A stretch of 64,000 bases of DNA from the NCBI GenBank assembly GCA_030390025.1, contig CM059427.1:186310001-186374000 (forward strand), given 5' to 3'. The notes beneath the pieces are model-generated. The model had not been told where the DNA came from, did no database searches, and saw nothing but the letters and a program-made list of their open reading frames with translations. The translations under genes and the position numbers were made by a program. Origin of the DNA: Squalus acanthias (taxonomy: Eukaryota). This document shows positions 13,973 to 26,785 of the stretch, piece by piece (position 1 is the stretch's first letter; each line of letters starts with the position of its first letter).

Positions 13973-15461
13973 GGCCGCGATTGTCCGTGGCGTGCGACGT
14001 CGGTGGCGGGTCCCGACCCCGCTACTGGCTCCATCCCGGCCTCTGAAATGAATTTCCCTTGATTGGGCTTGTTAAGCCCACCCAGCGTGTTTGCCGGCCA
14101 ATTAGATGAAGCGGGTCTGGTGACGTCATTTGATGACGCGTCATCAGCCGGTTTCCTTAGCGGGACCACGGCCAACTTTAATTTGACATTTGTGCTGTCA
14201 GTGTTCTACAGCATTGAGGTGCTGCAAACACGGACAATCACTGCACAAAGGCACAGGCTTCACCCAGGCTCTCCCATGACTCCCTCCATATGCTTATGGA
14301 GGGAGTTACAGCACACAGGGGCGGAGAAGACCTCCCCAGGAGATCAACGCAGCCTGGGTGCACATTGCAGAGGAGGGCACAAGCAGGGATGTGTTCAGGC
14401 GGACCTGGGCGCAGCGCCGCAAACATTTCAATGATCTCAGTAGATCATGAAACGTTACTGCAAAGCCACACTCAACCTCATCCTGCTGTGCCTCTCATCA
14501 CATCCCCATCACTCTGCCTTCCCTACCCTACTCCTGCACATCCTTACTCACACCAACTTACCATGCACCTCCACCCATCCCTCTCTGTCAACATTATCAC
14601 ATCCCCATCTCACTAGCCACCCCTCACACTCACCCTCATCCTAGTGCAATCATACCAACAAACAACACACAAGGTGTTTCATGCAATGTTCATGTAAAGT
14701 TTCTGTTAATGTGGTGTCAAACACTGAAACCTTTTTTTTCAACAGCTTGCGTTCTTGGACAGATTTGTGTGCACCTTTGGATGTGGATTAGTGAGTTGCA
14801 GTAAATGGTGAGACGTAACAGTACCCCCTACAATGGTGATGAGTGTGAAAGGAATGGCTTGGGCATTGTAGGGATGCTTTATGCTGTTGGTGTGGGGCGG
14901 TGCCAACCTGGCGCATCATGTGGCAGCCAGGGTGTACAGCGTCAAGTGAAGTAAATCTGGCCATGGTGAGGCCATCCCTGGCGTCCCGGGCAACAATGTG
15001 GTCGGGTGCTGATGCCCTGCATCCTGTGCAGCATCAGTTGATTGTGGGGAAGGTTGGTGTTGTTGTTCGTGCTGCTGGTGTGCCTGGTGCTGCTGGTGTT
15101 GGGGCTGATCGTGGTGGGATTCTGAGGACCAAGGTGAGAGAGTATAAAGGGCACCCATGCTGATGGAATAGATGGCAGGTGAAGTAGAGATGACAGAAGC
15201 GATCTGTCAATGGTGAGAGAGGTAATGAGATCAGACTGGATGGAGACTTGTGTAAAGACATGCAGCATTCTGAATCTGTTGTGGAAATGCAGTGAGGAAC
15301 AGCTTGTGGCTGAGGGAACATATTTCTGTAAGGTGGGAACTTTTACTTAACACTTGAAGCTGTCAACTCAACTGCTGATTTAATGGCCACTGAACTCCTG
15401 CCTCAGCTTAACAGACGTGATTCCCGAGCAGCGTGGACCCCGTGGGCTAGCACGCAAAATC
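13973..15461. mobile_element. Degraded non-autonomous PIF/Harbinger deletion derivative
   Basis: + strand PRLSHDSLHMLMEGVTAHR (~14263-14320) resembles the start of a Myb/SANT protein; - strand ORF starts MGA as the 29979 transposase does; convergent layout; left-end sequence (cttgttaagccc) shared with the 52459 element. Confidence 0.5.
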
Positions 15462-16436
15462 AAAAGGTGAGCTCAAATGTGTTCTTAATCATCTCTTGCA
15501 TTTCTATAGTGCCTTTCACAACCTCAGGATGTCCCAAAGCGCTTCACAGATACTGAAGTAAATTTGAAGTGTAGTCACTGTTGTAATGTAGGAATTGCAG
15601 CAGCCAATTTGCGCACAGCAAGCTCCCACAAGCAGCAATGAGATGGATGACCAGATCTCTGAGACAATGATAAGCCAGTGCTTCCCAAGCTGTGAATTGC
15701 TCACCCACGCCCACCCAGTATTGTCAATTCAAAGGTCTCGGAGAGAAAGTGTATTAGGCGCAGTGACAGACACTCCAACTAGCCTGAAAATAGGAAAGTA
15801 CTTTTGCTTACATCGTTACAGAGATACACAGTGTTGCATAGCGTTACACAGTGTTACACAGAGTTACACAGAGTCTACAGCACAGAAACAGGCCATTCGT
15901 CCTAACTGGTCTGTGTCGGTGTTTATGCTCCACACGAGCCTCCTCCCACCCTACTTCATCTCACCCCATCAACATATCCTTCTATTCTATTCTCCCTCAT
16001 GTGCTTATCTAGCTTCCACTTAAATGCAACAATGCTTTTTGCCTCAACCATGTGGTCGCGAGTTCCACATTCTTATCACTCTCTGGGTCAAGAGGTTTCT
16101 CCTGAATTCCCTATTGGATTTATTAGTGACGATCTTATGTTGATGGATCCTAGTTCTTGTCTACCCCCACAATTGGAAACATCTTCTCTACGTCTACCCC
16201 ATCAATCCCCTTCAGAATTTTAAAGGCCTCTATCAGGTCTTCATAATTTTAAAGACCTCAGCCTTCTCTTCACTAGAGAACAGAGCCCCAGCCTGTTCAG
16301 CCTTTCCTGATCGTTGTAACCTCTCAGTTCTGGTATCATCCTTGTAAATGTACTTTCTCTTGCGGGACTGTGATTTCTATTTGAACTGATGCTTCATATT
16401 ACATTTATCTAAAAGGATCCATTCTCTGTGTGTTAG

Positions 16437-16730
16437 ATTTCACAGATAAACCCACGATATTCCCCGCTGAAATTATTGCAGGAAAGCGTGCGGACCTAAG
16501 CTGCACCTTCAACACCACATGCTCTGGAACAGCACCTGACTTAACCTGGGTCAATCCCGCTGACGTACCCGGGTCAGTCTCAAACAGTGTAGCTCAGCAT
16601 GGCATCACTCTGATATATACTTCTGTTCTGACCCTGATCCCATCACTCAAACACCACGGACAAACTCTCACCTGCAGAGTCAGATATCCATCCATTACAT
16701 CGGAGCGGACACTAGCACTAACTGTGCAAT
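16437..16730 (+). pseudogene. Gene A Ig domain-2 (C2-set) exon, open frame
   Basis: tgttag|ATTTC ... GCAAT|gtaagt; 294 nt, phase 1-1; CTFNTTC...W...HHGQTLTCRV. Confidence 0.92.
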
Positions 16731-16964
16731 GTAAGTATGAACATCCTTTATTCTAATTTGCCCATAATAGTCTACTTTGTGCACAGCAAGATCCCACAAA
16801 CAACAATGTGGTGATGACCAGATCATCTGTTTTTTACTGATACATATTGGCTAGTACAACGGGGAGTACTCTACTTTGAATACAGTCATAGGATCTATTA
16901 GGCCCACCTGAGAGTGTAGACGGGGCCTCGGTGTAGTGTCTCATGTGAAAGACGGCAGAAATGA

Positions 16965-17160
16965 GAGTGTGGCACTCCCACAGTACTGTCTCTCCGACAG
17001 TGCAACACTCTCTTAGTACTGAACCTCCAGTAGTGCAGCGCTCCCTCAGTACTGCCCCTCCGACAGTGCAGTACCCCCTCAGTACTTCCCCTCCGACAGC
17101 GCAGCGCTCCCTCAGTACTTCCCCTCCGACAGTGCAGCACTCCCTCAGTACTGCACTAAA
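16965..17160 (-). repeat. 30-bp DeuSINE-derived minisatellite (about 6 units) within a SINE at ~16770-17180
   Basis: ctccctcagtactgcccctccgacagtgcagc units. Confidence 0.85.
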
Positions 17161-17286
17161 GTGTCTGCCTGGTTTAGATGCTTTGTGATGAAGGAACTTG
17201 CATTGATTTCACACCTTTCATGTTCTCAGGCTCCCTCAAAGTGCTTCACAGTCAATGTAAGTTAACCGATCATTATTTGCTTTTAG

Positions 17287-17568
17287 ACGCACCACGGAAT
17301 CTCTCAATTACTTCTCTTGATACGATTAAAGATTAATTGATCAATATAAAAAAAGCGATTTCTACAGCAATACTCTGCTCTGTCGAGAGCTTCCCAGCTT
17401 CTAACCTGATATGGCGATATCTTGGTGTCACAATGAACAGAACAAGTTCCAACAACAAGCTGTGGTTAGAGTTTCCTCATGTTACATCCAGGGTCGCTGG
17501 AGACTATCAATGTATGGCAGAGAATGAACATGGAGCTGTGGAGAGGGTCATAACCATCACTGTGGAAT
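17287..17568 (+). pseudogene. Gene A Ig (C2/I-set) exon with premature stop
   Basis: ttttag|ACGCACCACGG ... GGAAT|gtgagt, 282 nt; GAT TAA at 17331-17336 where paralogues have GAT TCA/TCC. Confidence 0.92.
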
Positions 17569-17855
17569 GTGAGTGTACAGATACTTTCACATCGCTCACA
17601 AACACATACATGCACGCACACACACACGCAAACACGCATATGCACGCACACACACAAACATGCGCACATGCATGCACACACACATGCATATATACACACA
17701 TATTTTTTATTCATTCACAGCATGTGGGCACTGCTGGCAAGGCCAGCATTTATTGCCCATCCCTAATTGCCTTTGAGAAGGTGGTGGTGAGCTGCCTTCT
17801 TGAACCGCTGCAGTCCGTGTGGTGAAGGTACTCACACAGTGCTGTTAGGAAGGGA

Positions 17856-19312
17856 TGTAATGGAATAGCCATATTTCAGAAAAACACACCATCCTATGAA
17901 CAGAATTCAGATTTTATTAAAACATGACAAACTGGGGTTAAAAATCTAAAAAGCCTCAACGACACAAGCCGTAAACAGAAATACAGGCTTCTGAGATAAA
18001 GATCAGTTGTTAACAAAAGCTGTAAACACCACAAGCTTTGAAATGGGAATGGGATATTGACAAAGACAATGGCCATATTGAAATAGCAGTTTGGCGCTTC
18101 CAGAAGGTCTGGAGTTTGGGAGAAACACAATGGAATGACCCAAGTAAAGTGTTATAAGCTAACACTCAGGGAAACAGAAACACAGAATATTAAAAAACCA
18201 TGTGCCTTTGTAAAAGTACCATCAAATAATTCAGGAAACATGATTAAATATGCAACCAATTGAAGTAGCTAGAAAACAAGTAAACACCCAAGTTGAAGTG
18301 GTTTTGATTTACATATTGTAAAAAGTACCTACAGAACACTTTGAAAATATGACTTCAATAGATAACACCAAGCAATTACATTGTGTTTGTATTGAACTTG
18401 AAACACCACGGAGACAGGAGTCTGTGGTTGTAACCAGTGGTTTTAGAATTGAATGGAAAACGTTCAATAAGAATGACATCAAATAGATACATCGGTCATA
18501 TTGTTTTTTATGATAGGTTTTGAAACACCTAAAGGTAGAGACAGAATTCTGAAAGCTAAACAGCTGAAGTAACAGTAAGAATAGAAAGAATTCAACAAAG
18601 ATGACTAGAGACAATTAGCTTATATCAGCAGAAAACTTCAAAGGATAACCACTAAAAAAAGGTATGAAAATAGAGCTTTTCAGATGGAAAGGCAGAAGTC
18701 GCTGGAAACGGGCAAGCGATTCTCAACTTCAGGGGCACGCCCTGTAAGTTTTTCGCTTTTTGAGTCTCGGGGATCAAGGTACTCTTAATTGATTTTGGTG
18801 GATATTCTGGATTAAGAATAAGACTTAGAAATGTAAAAATGTAACCAAGTTAAGATTTGAGAATAAGGATCTCTGAGAATAAGAAATGGAAGCTATTTCT
18901 ATTTTGAATTGTGAAAGTTGCGATTGACTCATCAGCTGTTAACTAAAAGTCGGTTCCTAAATAAATCTGTATATTTTTAGAATTGTCTCACATAGTAATT
19001 TCTGTATCAACCTCGCAAACTCAATCTCTGTACACTCCTTTGTGAGGAGTCGCAGAATTCTGGGGGGTTTTCCGGACCCTCATAATATCCGGAAGGTTAC
19101 AGTCTAGTTAAACTTATTAAAAGTGCTATCCGGAGGACGGTAACATCTTCAGGCCATTCCTTTCCTTTAGGGAGAGATAGTCTGAACCTTTAGACCCAAT
19201 TAAGCGTCTCTAGGATTTGGTTACCGCTAACTTTAGTTGAAGGTGAACGTCTGGGGAATACGCCTGATCTGGGGTGGCCCGAAAAGGGCTAGGACTTGTA
19301 ATTATCCCTTCA
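17856..19312. mobile_element. Probable solo LTR (1457 bp) inserted into an older repeat
   Basis: Starts TGTAA, ends TTCA, 4-bp TSD GGGA (17852-17855 / 19313-19316); removing it restores a continuous host repeat ttaggaagggagttccagg; no coding capacity. Confidence 0.7.
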
Positions 19313-20270
19313 GGGAGTTCCAGGATTTTGACCTAGTGACGATGAAGAAGCGGTGATATATTTCCAGTCAGGTCTATATGTGATTTGGATGGGAACTTGG
19401 TGGTGGTCGTGTTCCGATGCGCCTGCTGCCCTGGTCTTTCTAGGTGGTAGAGGTCGCGGGCTTGGGGGGAGCTGTTGAAGTAACCTTGGTGAGCTGCTGC
19501 AGTGCATCTTATAGATGGTATACGCATGCATACACAGACACACACACGCAATTGCACACACATGAACAGAGAAAGACGCATTCGCGCACTCATATATGCA
19601 CACACAAAGGCACACTAAAACACACTCTCAGGATCACACACACACACACACACACACCTGTGAGTTGCCTAATCTCTCTGAGTACTGCACTGGAGTGTTG
19701 GCCTGGATTCTGGGCTTTGTATTGAAACACTGTAAACAAGAGATCAACAAGGCCCTGAATCAGACGAGCAGTGTCCTGCACAGAGAATTGTAGGTTTCTC
19801 ATTCAATACTCTATTGTTCCCTCACATTGCCCAAACAGAGGTCACGATCCACAAGGGCAAACAAAGCTGAACAACAGAAAGAAAGAACTTGCATTGATAT
19901 AGCACCTGCCACATCCTCAACATCTCTCTGATTCTTTCACAGTCAATGCAAGCTGACTGCCATGTTTGTCTAGATAAAAACAGTGACAACATTTCAAAGG
20001 CAATTCATTGGCTGTCAAGCCCTTGGGGACATCCTGAGGGTGTGAAAAGCACTTTCTTTCTTTCTAGAAGGACAGCGCCTCCACTGGTGGGAGGGTGCAA
20101 TTACAGCGTGACAGTTTACATAGGCAGTGTCCATTATAAATGTTGACATAGGAACTTATAAAGGGGAAAGATGCCTGGAAATGCATGCAGGCATAAGATA
20201 CAGAAAGATAAAGCATGGATTCTTGCTGTGCGCTGTGTTTGCTCACAATAAAATCTTTATTTGTCTTTCG

Positions 20271-20649
20271 GCACATCACAGAAACTCTATTACTTCTTTT
20301 GATACGATTAAAGATTCATTGATCAATATAAAAGAAGGGAATTCTACTGTGATACTCTGCTCTGTCGAGAGCTTCCCAGCTTCTAACCTGACGTGGCAAC
20401 ATTTTGGTGTCACAATGAACAGAACAAGTTCCAGGAACAAGCTGTGGTTGGAGTTTCCTCACGTTACATCCAGGGTCGCTGGAGACTGTGTCCTGCACAA
20501 CGAATTGTAGGTTTCTCCCGTCAATACTCTATCGTTCCCTCACATTGCCCAAACAGAGGGCACGTTCCACAAGGAGACTGGAAACTATCAGTGTGTGGCT
20601 GAGAAAGAACATGGAGCAGTGGCGAGCGCCATAACCCTCACTGTGGAAC
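20271..20649 (+). pseudogene. Gene A third Ig exon, disabled
   Basis: Acceptor tttag changed to tttcg, 2-nt deletion, 99-nt insertion 20488-20586 with in-frame TAG; otherwise ILCSVESFPASNLTW...YQCVAE. Confidence 0.9.
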
Positions 20650-21109
20650 GTGAGAGTACAGATACTTTCACATCTCTCTAAATACAAACAAATTAATGTC
20701 TACGGGAGACTGTGGAGTTTACAAAGTCTATGACAGACACTCACAAATGCATAAACACACACATACACTCTCCGCCTCTCCAACTCTATCTCCTCCTTTA
20801 AGATGCTCCTTGAAACCTGACCAAGCTTTTGGTCACCTATCCTAGTACCTCCTTATGTGGCTCTTTGTCAAATTTTGTCTGAACCTTTTATAGGAGAAGA
20901 GAGTGGCGAAGAGGTTTAGGGAGGGAATTCCAGAGCTTAGGGCCTAGGCAGCTGAAGGCATGGTTGTCAATGGTTGGACGAAGGGAAACGGGGATTCCCT
21001 CCCTCAACTTCTCTGCCTCTCCCTATCTCTAACTCCTTTAAGATGCTCTTTACAACCTACCTCTTTGACCAAGCTTTTGGTGCCCTGTCCTTATGGGATA
21101 AGGACAACA

Positions 21110-21625
21110 CCGTATAAATTTAGAGCTAGGTCGTTCAGGGGTGATGTCAGAAAGTACTTCTTCACACAAAGGGTAGTGGATATCTGGAACTCTCCCCGAA
21201 AAAGCTGTTTCAAACTAGGGTTTTTTTCCCTGGAATTTAGAAAGTTAAGGGGTGATTTGATCAAAGTTTTCAAGATATTAAGAGGAACTGATAGGGTAGA
21301 TAGAGAGAAACTATTTCCGCTGGTTGGGGAGTTTACGACTAAGGGACATAGCCGAAAAATTAGAGCCAGGCCTTTCAGGAGTGATGCTAGGAAACACTTC
21401 TAGACAAAAAGGGTGGTAGAAGTTTGGAACTTTTTTCTGAAAACGGCAGTTGATGCACAGCCAATTGTTAACTTTAAATCTGAGATATATAGATTTTTGT
21501 TAACCAAAGTATTCAGGGATATGGGGCAAAGGCAGGTAGATGGAGTTAGGCTACAGATCAGGCATGATCTCATTGAAAGGCAGAACAGGCTCGAGGGGCT
21601 GAATGACTAACTCCTGATCCTATTC
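21110..21625 (+). mobile_element. CR1 LINE 3' fragments nested in an L2 end
   Basis: LGFFSLEFRKLRGDLIKVFKIL..., CR1 3' UTR; L2 3' sequence on both sides. Confidence 0.75.
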
Positions 21626-22588
21626 TATGTGGCTCGCTGTAAAACGTTGTCTTATTTACGCTCCTGTGAAGCGCCTTGGGACGTTTTACTACATTACAGG
21701 CTCTATATAAATGCAAGTTATTGTTGTCTGATACAAGGCAGCTGATTGTTGCATCACTTAGAGCTCCCCAAACATTGCAGAATGGTCCCAGGGATGAGAG
21801 ACTTCAGTGATGCGGAGAGACTGGAGAATCCAGGTTTGTTCTCCTTAGAGCAGAGAAGGTTAAGGGGAAATTTAATAGAGGTGTTCAAAATCATGAGGGG
21901 TGTTAATAGAGTAGATAGGGAGAAACTGGAGGTTGACTAATATTACATCTTTAGATATTACACGTATAAATATTACATATGCAAATATTAAATGTACAAA
22001 TGTCATATATATAGATATTGCATAGAGAAGGAAGACTTGCATTTATATAACACTTATATAGTCCCAAAGCGCTTTACAGCCAATGAAGTACTTTTGAAGC
22101 GTAGTCACTGTTTGTAATGTAGGAAACATGGCTGCAAATTTGCGCACAGCAAGCTCCCACAAACAGCAATGTGATAATGGCCAGAAAATCAGTTATTTTA
22201 GCGATGTTGTTTGATATTTATATGCAAATGTGTAGATATTACATATATAAGATGGTTCACTAATGTCCCTTTAGGGAAGGAATCCTGCCGTCCTTACCTG
22301 GTCTGGGCCTATATGTGACTCCAGTCACACACCAACGTGGTTGACTCTTAACTGCCCTCTGAAGTGGACGCTTAGTTTATATCAAACCTGCTACCAACTG
22401 TTCAAGAAGAAGGTCTACCACCATCATCTCAAGGGGAAACTATGGATGGGCAATAAATGCTGGCCTTGCCAGCGACGCCCACATCCCGAGAATGAATTGT
22501 CAAAAATTGAGCGAGTGTGTCGCTTCTCGAGGTACATCGGAGCACCGTTCTCAAACTGTACTGCAGTAATTAATGGCTGTTTTTACAG

Positions 22589-22687
22589 GTGGAGACTCCA
22601 ATGAATGTAAAGTAGGATTGCTTGTTGCTGGGATCATATTGAGTGTTGAACTGGCTGGATTCTTTTAATCTTCAAGTATGTGCGAAA
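22589..22687 (+). pseudogene. Gene A transmembrane exon (frameshift/stop)
   Basis: ttttacag| phase 1: GDSNECKVGLLVAGIILSVELAGFF then TAA; restoring one base gives ..FFLIFKYVRK with phase-2 donor aa|gtaact. Confidence 0.72.
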
Positions 22688-23920
22688 GTAACTGCAAAGG
22701 TTTAACTTTTTTTTTTCTTCAAAATCTTTACTCCAATATTCTCTCCCTGATTTTTTCCCTCAGGTTCAAAACCAGATGCCACTCCGGTAAGCGATCCCTG
22801 CGTCCCCTTTGATCTGGAGTGCATCTTTCATGGCCCAGTTTCCAGGTGAATGCTGACGAGACCCAAGGGTCCCTCACTCTGCACGCTAGCTGCTGGACTG
22901 TATCAGGTCACTTGCGATTCGACAAAACCACAGTGACTACACCTCGGTAAACAATTCATGGGCTGGGAAGCACTTTGGGATATCCAGAGGATGTGAATAA
23001 ATAACTGCACATTCGTATGTTCTTTCTTTCTCGAGATTTACTAGAATGATACCAGAACTGAAAGGTTCTAGCTATCAGGAAAGATTAAACAGGCTGGGAC
23101 CCTTTTCTCCAGAAAAAAGAAGACTGAGGGGTGATCTTGAAAGAGATCTTTAAGATTATGAAGGGGTTTGATAGGGTAGGTGTAGAGAAGATGTTTCCAC
23201 TTACTTACCAAGAGAGTGGTGAGGATGTGGCACTCACTACCACAGGGAGTGTCTGAGGCGAGTAGTATAAATGCATTTAAAGGCGAGATAGATAAACACA
23301 TGAGGAAGAAAGGAAGAGAAGGATATGCTGATAGGGTGAGATTAAGAGGGGTGGCAGGAGGCTCGTATGGAGCATAAACACCGGCACGGACCAGTCGTGC
23401 CAGTTAAGGGGAGGTTTAACAGAGGCGATCAAAATCATGAGTGGTTTTGATCGATTAAATAAGCAGCAACTGTTTCCACTGGAGGAGGGTCGTTAACCAG
23501 AGGACACAGATTTACGGTCAGTGGCAAAAAAGCCAGAGGGGTAGATGAGGAGAAATATTTCTACGCAGCAAGTTTTTGTGATCTGGAATGCACTGCCTGA
23601 AAGGGCGGTGGAAACAGACTCAATAGAAACTTTAAAAATGGAATTGGACACATACTTGAAAAGGAAAAATTTGCAGGGCTCTGTGAAAAGAGCAGTGGGG
23701 AGTGGGACTAATTGGAGAGCTCTTACAAAGAGCCGGCACAGGCATGTTGGGGCAAACGGCTTCCCTCTGTGCCGTGTGATTCTATCATTATATGTGTGTG
23801 GACAGAAGCCATTTAAAGAGACAGTGCAGTAGTTGCTGTAACGTTACAGTGGGGTCTGTGTCTGTCCGGCACTGACACTCTGATATATGATAACCACAGT
23901 GCGATATTCTGCTATTTCAG

Positions 23921-24002
23921 GAGAAAGACAGCGACTGAGGAGAGAGTTTCAGAGCCCAGTGACCTTGCAATGACCTCCAGTGCACTCTCTGTGAAGCACC
24001 AG
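23921..24002 (+). pseudogene. Gene A first cytoplasmic exon
   Basis: tatttcag|G AGA AAG... (K)RKTATEERVSEPSDLAMTSSALSVKHQ|gtacag; phase 2 start matches the TM exon end. Confidence 0.7.
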
Positions 24003-24104
24003 GTACAGGAGCTGTTTGAACTTAGTCCAAAGCCTCAATCTCAGCGTGTAGACAACACGTGTCACAGATTCCCAGTTGGGCTTCCCACGATTTCTGCCTA
24101 TGAT

Positions 24105-26600
24105 GTCAGCTGTGGCTCAGCACTCTCTCTCACCTCAGGTCATGGGTTCCAGTCCCCATTCCAGAGATTTGAGCACCATAATCCAGGCCAACACTTCCCA
24201 GTTTGAGTACTGAGGGAGCACTGCACCATCAGAGGGTCAGTACTGAGGGAGCACTGCACCATCTGAGGGGCAGTACTGAGGGAGCGCTGCACTGTCAGAG
24301 GGTCAGTACTGAGGGAGCGCTGCACCATCTGAGGGGCAGTACTGAGGGAGTGCTGCACTGTCGGAGGGGCAGTACTGAGGGAGCGCTACATTGTCAAAGG
24401 GGCAGTACTGAGGGAGTGCTGCACTGTCTTAGAGGCACTACTGAGGGAGCGCTGCACTGTCAGAGCGGCAGTACTGAGGGAGCACTGCACTGTCTTAGAG
24501 GCAGTACTGACGGAGTGCTGCACTGTCAAAGGAGCAGTACTGAGGGAGTGCTGCACTGTCAAAGGGGCAGTACTGAGGGAGAGCTGCACTGTCAAAGGGG
24601 CAGTACTGAGGGAGCACTGCACTGTCAAAGGGGCAGTACTGAGGGAGGGCTGCACTGTCAAAGAGGCAGTACTGAGGGAGCACTGCACTGTCAAAGGGGC
24701 AGTACTGAGGGAGCACTGCACTGTCTTAGAGGCAGTACTGAGGGAGTGCTGCACTGTCAAAGGGGCAGTACTGAGGGAGTGCTGCACTGTCAAAGCGGCA
24801 GTACTGAGGGAGCACTGCACTGTCGGAGGGTCAGTACTGAGGCAGCACTGCACTGTCGGAGTGTCAGTACTGAGGCAGCACTGCACTGTCAGAGGGGCAG
24901 TACTGAGGGAGCACTGCACTATCGGAGGGGCAGTACTGAAGGAGCACTGCACTGTCAGAGGGTCAGTACTGAGGCAGCACTACACTGTCGGAGGGGCAGT
25001 ACTGCAGGAGCACTGCACTGTCGGAGGGTCAGTACTGAGGCAGCACTGCACTGTCGGAGGGGCAGTACTGAGGGAGCACTGTACTGTCGGAGGGTCAGTA
25101 CTGAGGGAGCACTGTACTGTCGGAGGGTCAGTACTGAGGGAGCACTGCACTGTCAAAGGGGCAGTACTGAGGGAGCACTGCACTGTCAGAGGGGCAGTAC
25201 TGAGGGAGCGCTGCACTGTCAAAGGGACAGTACTGAGGGAGCACTGCACTGTCAAAGGGGCAGTACTGAGGGAGCATTGCACTGTCTGAGGGGCAGTACT
25301 GAGGCAGCACTGCACTGTCAGAGGGGCAGTACTGAGGGAGCGCTACACTGTCAAAGGGGCAGTACTGAGGGAGCGCTGCACTGTCTTAGAGGCACTACTG
25401 AGGGAGTGCTGCACTGTCAAAGGGGCAGTACTGAGGGAGTGCTGCACTGTCAAAGGGGCAGTACTGAGGGAGCGCTGCACTGTCAAAGGGGCAGTACTGC
25501 GGGAGTGCTGTACTGTCAAAGGGGCAGTACTGAGGGAGCGCTGCACTGTCAAAGGGGCAGTACTGAGGGAGCACTGCACTGTCAAAGGGGCAGTACTGAG
25601 GGAGGGCTGCACTGTCAAAGGGGCAGTACTGAGGGAGCGCTCCACTGTCAAAGGGGCAGTACTGAGGGAGCACTGCACTGTCTTAGAGGCAGTACTGAGG
25701 GAGTGCTGCACTGTCAAAGGGGCAGTACTGAGGGAGTGCTGCACTGTCAAAGCGGCAGTACTGAGGGAGCATTGCACTGTCTGAGAGGCAGTACTTGGGG
25801 AGTGCTGCACTGTCAAAGGGGCAGTACTGAGGGAGTGCTGCACTGTCAAAGGAGCAGTACTGAGGGAGCACTGCACTGTCAAAGGGGCAGTACTGAGGGA
25901 GCACTGCACTGTCTTAGAGGCAGTACTTGGGGAGTGCTGCACTGTCAAAGGGGCAGTACTGAGGGAGTGCTGCACTGTCAAAGCGGCAGTACTGAGGGAG
26001 CACTGCACTGTCTTAGAGGCAGTACTGAGGGAGCGCTGCACTGTCAGAGCGGCAGTACTGAGGGAGCACTGCACTGTCTTAGAGGCAGTACTGAGGGAGT
26101 GCTGCACTGTCAAAGGGGCAGTACTGAGGGAGCACTGCACTGTCTTAGAGGCAGAACTGAGTGAGTGCTGCACTGTCAAAGCGGCAGTACTGAGGGAGTG
26201 CTGCACTGTCAAAGGGGCAGTATTGAGGGAGCACTGCACTGTCTTAGTGGCAGTACTGAGGGAGCGCTGCACTGTTAGAGCGGTAGTACTGAGGGAGCGC
26301 TGCAGTGTCAAAGGGGCAGTACTGAGGGAGCACTGCACTGTCTTAGCGGCAGTACTGGGGGAGTGCTGCACTTTTAGAGCGGTAGTACTGAGGGAGCGCT
26401 GCAGTGTCAGAGATGTCATCTTTCACATGAGACATTAAACCAGATGCCCCATCTGCCTCTCAGGTGGACATAAAAGATCCCAAAGCCACTATTTCGAAGA
26501 AGAGCTCTCCACAGAGTTCTGGTCCAATAGTTATCCCTCAACCAACATCACTAAGTACTTCATCAACTGTAAAGCACTTTGGGACGTCCCGAGGATGTGA
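24105..26600 (+). mobile_element. DeuSINE (SacSINE1/AmnSINE1-like) copy containing a large internal minisatellite
   Basis: Head gtcagctgtggctcag...catgggttcc, then array, then gtcatctttcacatgagacattaaacc...caggtggacataaaagatccc body and L2-like tail. Confidence 0.75.
24206..26410 (+). repeat. 30-bp minisatellite, about 73 units
   Basis: cagtactgagggagcactgcactgtcaaagggg-type units with variants; explains the repetitive ORFs at 24203-26419. Confidence 0.97.
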
Positions 26601-26785
26601 ATTATGGGGCTCAAGTCTCTGGAGTGGTGGCTCAAACCCATGACCTTCTGACTGAAAGGCGAGAGAGTGCTAAATCCACTGAGCCGTGGCCTACACTAGC
26701 GAGTCTATGCAATAATTCAACCCTATCAGCTCCGGTAAATGATGCGAGAATGTCTTTTGCTTCCCTTTTCTTTTAAGGTACGCAG

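Noticed and set aside
24203-26164. 653-aa ORF of (GSTEGALHCQR)-like repeats as a Cys/His metal-binding protein
   Set aside because: By-product of a 30-bp SINE-derived minisatellite; open frames appear on both strands, the start is non-ATG, and it lies inside an intron.
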